Assembly: GCF_006345805.1 (NCBI RefSeq)
Contig: NC_043009.1
Location: 54,808,001-54,872,000 of the forward strand
Length of the DNA: 64,000 nt
Source: Octopus sinensis
Taxonomy: Eukaryota
Direction of reading: 5' to 3'
Below, in pieces: positions 60,621-64,000 of the stretch. How positions within the stretch are numbered: the stretch's first letter is position 1; the number at the start of each line of letters is the position of its first letter. A model generated the notes under the pieces. It saw only the letters and a program-made list of their open reading frames with translations. It searched no databases and was not told the origin of the DNA. The translations under genes and the position numbers were made by a program.

Positions 60621-61050
60621 TAGGTGCAGGCATGGCTGTGGAGTTAAGATGCTTGCTTCTCAACCATGTGGTCTTGAGATCAATCCTGCTGTACAGCACC
60701 TTCAGCAAGTGTCTTCTACAACAGCTCATGGGATTCTTGTGAGTGGATTTGATAGAAACTGAAAGAATCCCATGATGTGTGTGTATTTCACTGTGCTTGT
60801 GTGCACCTTTGCATAGAGATCATGTGATTGGTTGCAAATGAGCACGCACCATAGTCATACAAGCAAGGTTGTTCACCTCCAGTCTTCTGCAGAAAACGTG
60901 TCTAGCCAAGGGGAAGTATTACCCAGCTTGGAAACAGGTAAGGGCTGGCAAGAGGAAGAGCATCCCACCATTGAAAATCTGCCTCAACAAATTCCGTCTG
61001 ATGCATGCAAGTATGGAAAAGTGGGCATTGAAACAATGATGATGATGATG
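60621..61050 (+). mobile_element. SINE with family-A-type tRNA head and LINE-C-like 3' tail (family G)
   Basis: taggtgcaggcatggctgtgg head; tail ggaagagcatccc...gaaaatctgcc...gcatgcaagtatggaaaagtgggc...gatgatgatgat; similar tails at about 3080-3300, 48140-48360, 36240-36540 (-) and 48600-48830 (-). Confidence 0.65.
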
Positions 61051-61062
61051 GTGGTGGTGTAT

Positions 61063-61220
61063 AGGCATAGGAGTGGTTGTGTGGTATGTAGCTTGCTTAC
61101 AAACTACATGGTTCCGGGTTCAGTTCCACTGCGTAGCACCTTGGGCAAGTATCTTCTACTATAGCCTCAGGCCGACCAAAGCCTTGTGAGTGGATTTGGT
61201 AGACAGGAACTGAAAGAAGC

Positions 61221-61277
<57 letters not shown>

Positions 61278-61492
61278 ATATGTTTGTATGTCTGTGTTTG
61301 TCCCCCCAACATCGCTTGACAACTGATGCTGGTGTGTTTACGTCCCCGTAACTTCGCGGTTCGGTGAAAGAGAATGATAGAATAAGTACTAGGTTTACAA
61401 AGAATAAGTCCTGGGGTCAATTTGCTCGACTAAAAGGCAGTGCTCCAGCATGGCCACAGTCAAATGACTGAAACAAGTAAAAGAGTAAAGAG
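61063..61492 (+). mobile_element. SINE family A, full length
   Basis: Head, long (TA)n and tail ending aaagagtaaagag. Confidence 0.88.
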
Positions 61493-61857
61493 TATGATAT
61501 CAGTGTTGTGTTGTACGCATATCTATGGAGAGTCCATGGAGAGTATGTCAGACCACTTCAAGACATTCAGCATGATGATTCTGTATGAATTTAAAGTTGG
61601 TACAAGTCGGAATATAGTAGGTTGTTTCTACTAGGGTCAGAGTAACACTTCTGATATCATTGCAGTTATTTCAGTAGTGGTAACCATGCCAACAGCAGCA
61701 GAAATAGTATTTGTAGAAGCAAAATTAAACAACACAACAACAACAAAAGCTGCAATGACATCAACAATAACAGCAGGAACAATATTATGTAACCAATGAC
61801 AGACAGTCACAATCTCTGCAATAGTGACATTGGTAACATAAATGATACAAGACTGCC

Positions 61858-61896
<39 letters not shown>

Positions 61897-62160
61897 GGTG
61901 GTGGTGGTGGTGGTGGTGGTGGTGGTGGTAGTAGTAGTAGTAGTAGCTGCAGCAGTGGGTGGAGGTGATAGTAGTAGTAGTGGTAGTGATATGGTGGTGA
62001 TGGTAGTAGCAGTGGTAGTGGTAGCAGTCGAAATAGTAGTTGTGTTGTTGATGGTGGTGGTAGTGGTGGTGGTGATGGAGCTAATATAGCAACAATATCA
62101 CCATCATCATCATCATCATCATCATACATTACACAATCGCAATATCATCATCATCATCAT
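61858..62160. repeat. (GTA)n/(GTG)n/(CAT)n trinucleotide tracts
   Basis: Read directly; poly-V and poly-P ORFs are artefacts. Confidence 0.92.
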
Positions 62161-62569
62161 TTGCTGCAATGGTAGCAAAATATTGTCACTACTGTTGCCA
62201 ACAATAGCAGAAACACAAACCAACACAGGAGACTCTATATCACTAGACCTGCTAGAAATAGCAGCTGTCTATCAAATCACATTTTACTATCTTGAAAATG
62301 GGTATGTTGGATATCATGGTCCTGGGTTCCCAGCACACAGGACAAAGATGAGATGGTCGTGGTTGGAATTCCTTTGATCAAAGGTCTATTTGATCAGGTA
62401 TGACCTAAGCCTAAACAATTACAACAACATCAGAAATAGTGTAGCCAGTGAGAGAGCTTGTATATGGTTACTCAAGTGCTAGAAATAGCTACCAACTAAT
62501 CTACATCGACCTTGATCACACCCTAATGCCTGAAAGAAAGGAAGGATATATTGGATAATTTCATCATGA

Positions 62570-63005
62570 GTGTAAGGATGTGGTTAAGAAGTTCACTTTG
62601 CAACCACATGGTTTCAGGTTCAGTCCCACTGTGTGGCACCTTGGGCAAGTGCTTTCTGCTATAACCTTAGGCTAACAAATGCCTTGTGAGTAAATTTGGT
62701 AGATGGAAACCGTGTAGAAGCCCATTGTGTGTGTGAGAGAGAGACAGAGAAAGTGTGTGTATGTGTGTGTGTGTATGCATGCAAGCACAAACATCTATCT
62801 TTGTGTTTATCTCTTACCAATTTGACAATCAGTGTTGGTTTGTTTACATCCCTGTAACTTAGTGGTTTGACAAAAAGACATTGACAGAATAAGTACTAGA
62901 CTTTAAATAAGCATTGCGGGGGTGGAAGTGTCAATTTAATTGACTAATCCCTGCAAAGCAATGCTCTAGCATGGCTTTGCAATTGAATGACTGAAATAAG
63001 TAAAA
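62570..63005 (+). mobile_element. SINE family A, diverged
   Basis: tgtggttaagaagttcactttgcaaccacatggtttcaggttcagtccc...gactgaaataag. Confidence 0.75.
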
Positions 63006-63213
63006 AAAAAAAAAAATATATGCAAAAAAATTATTTGTGGTTGGAACATCTTTTGGTCATAGGTCTGTCAGATCAGGGTTGACCTGGGGTTAAACAAATA
63101 CAACAAAAGAAACAGTATTGTAACCTCCAAATGATCATCACCATCAATATTACCATCATCATCAACAGCAGCAGAAACATAAGCAAAAAATTACTTTTTT
63201 TTCTTTTTAGGCA

Positions 63214-63950
63214 TAGGTGCAAATATGGTTCATAGGCACAAGCATGGCTCATAGGCGCTACCATGGCTCATAGGCACAAGCATGGCTCATAGGCACAAGC
63301 ATGGCTCATAGGCGCTACCATGGCTCATAGGCACAAGCATGGCTCATAGGTGCAAGTATGGCTCATAGGTACAAGCATGGCTCATAGGTGCAAGCATGGC
63401 TCATAGGTACAAGCATGGCTCATAGGTACAAGCATGGCTCATAGGTACAAGCATGGCTCATAGGTGCAAGCATGGCTCATAGGTACAAGCATGGCTCATA
63501 GGTACAAGCATGGCTCATAGGTACAAGCATGGCTCATAGGTGCAAGCATGGCTCATAGGTACAAGCATGGCTCATAGGTACAAGCATGGCTCATAGGTGC
63601 AAGCATGGCTCATAGGTGCAAGCATGGCTCATAGGTACAAGCATGGCTCATAGGTACAAGCATGGCTCATAGGCACAAGCATGGCTCATAGGTGCAAGTA
63701 TGGCTCATAGGTACAAGCATGGCTCATAGGTACAAGCATGGCTCATAGGTACAAGCATGGCTCATAGGTACAAGCATGGCTCATAGGCACAAGCATGGCT
63801 CATAGGTGCAAGTATGGCTCATAGGTACAAGCATGGCTCATAGGTACAAGCATGGCTCATAGGTACAAGCATGGCTCATAGGCACAAGCATGGCTCATAG
63901 GTACAAGCATGGCTCATAGGTGCAAGCATGGCTCATAGGTGCAAGCATGA
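63214..63950 (+). repeat. 19-bp minisatellite, about 38-39 units (taggtacaagcatggctca), running into a SINE head at the window edge
   Basis: Period 19 read directly; variant cores tacaa/tgcaa/cacaa/cgctac. Confidence 0.95.
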
Positions 63951-64000
63951 CAGCATGGTCAAAAGGCTTGCTTTGCATCCAAATGGTTTCAAGTTCAGTT

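Noticed and set aside
51441-64000. Upstream MTMR exons (PH-GRAM region, ...EYxRMGxPN...W motif)
   Set aside because: I scanned the minus strand by eye and found no matching segment; these exons presumably lie beyond the window, although a short exon could have been missed.

Overview
This is a eukaryotic, AT-rich, repeat-dense animal region. Its microsatellite load and SINE/LINE families look like an octopus or other coleoid cephalopod genome (inference, from recognition only). The only gene I can support is a myotubularin-related lipid phosphatase of the MTMR6/7/8 subfamily on the minus strand. Ten coding exons lie between 51440 and 2179 and splice GT-AG with consistent phases into 1752 nt (583 aa plus stop). 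The catalytic [10 protein letters not shown] motif is intact, and the protein ends in a coiled-coil-like segment and a non-canonical FYVE-type zinc finger. The N-terminal PH-GRAM exons were not found and probably lie beyond 64000. Introns are filled with several tRNA-derived SINE families (working labels A, B, D, E, G), decayed RTE, RLE-type and L1/Tx1-like LINE fragments, three MITE families and microsatellites. The most unusual structures are: (1) a 2.9-kb, 43-unit, 67-bp CpG-rich array with 3-mer and 9-mer higher-order structure, grown from a VNTR in the 3' UTR of an RTE-like LINE; (2) a 19-bp minisatellite amplified from the first bases of a SINE head; (3) a near-perfect 189-bp-arm inverted repeat about 0.9 kb downstream of the stop codon; and (4) a perfect 49-bp-arm palindrome. 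Coordinates were read by hand. Exon boundaries and target-site duplications (TSDs) are exact to my reading, while the ends of old repeats are approximate.
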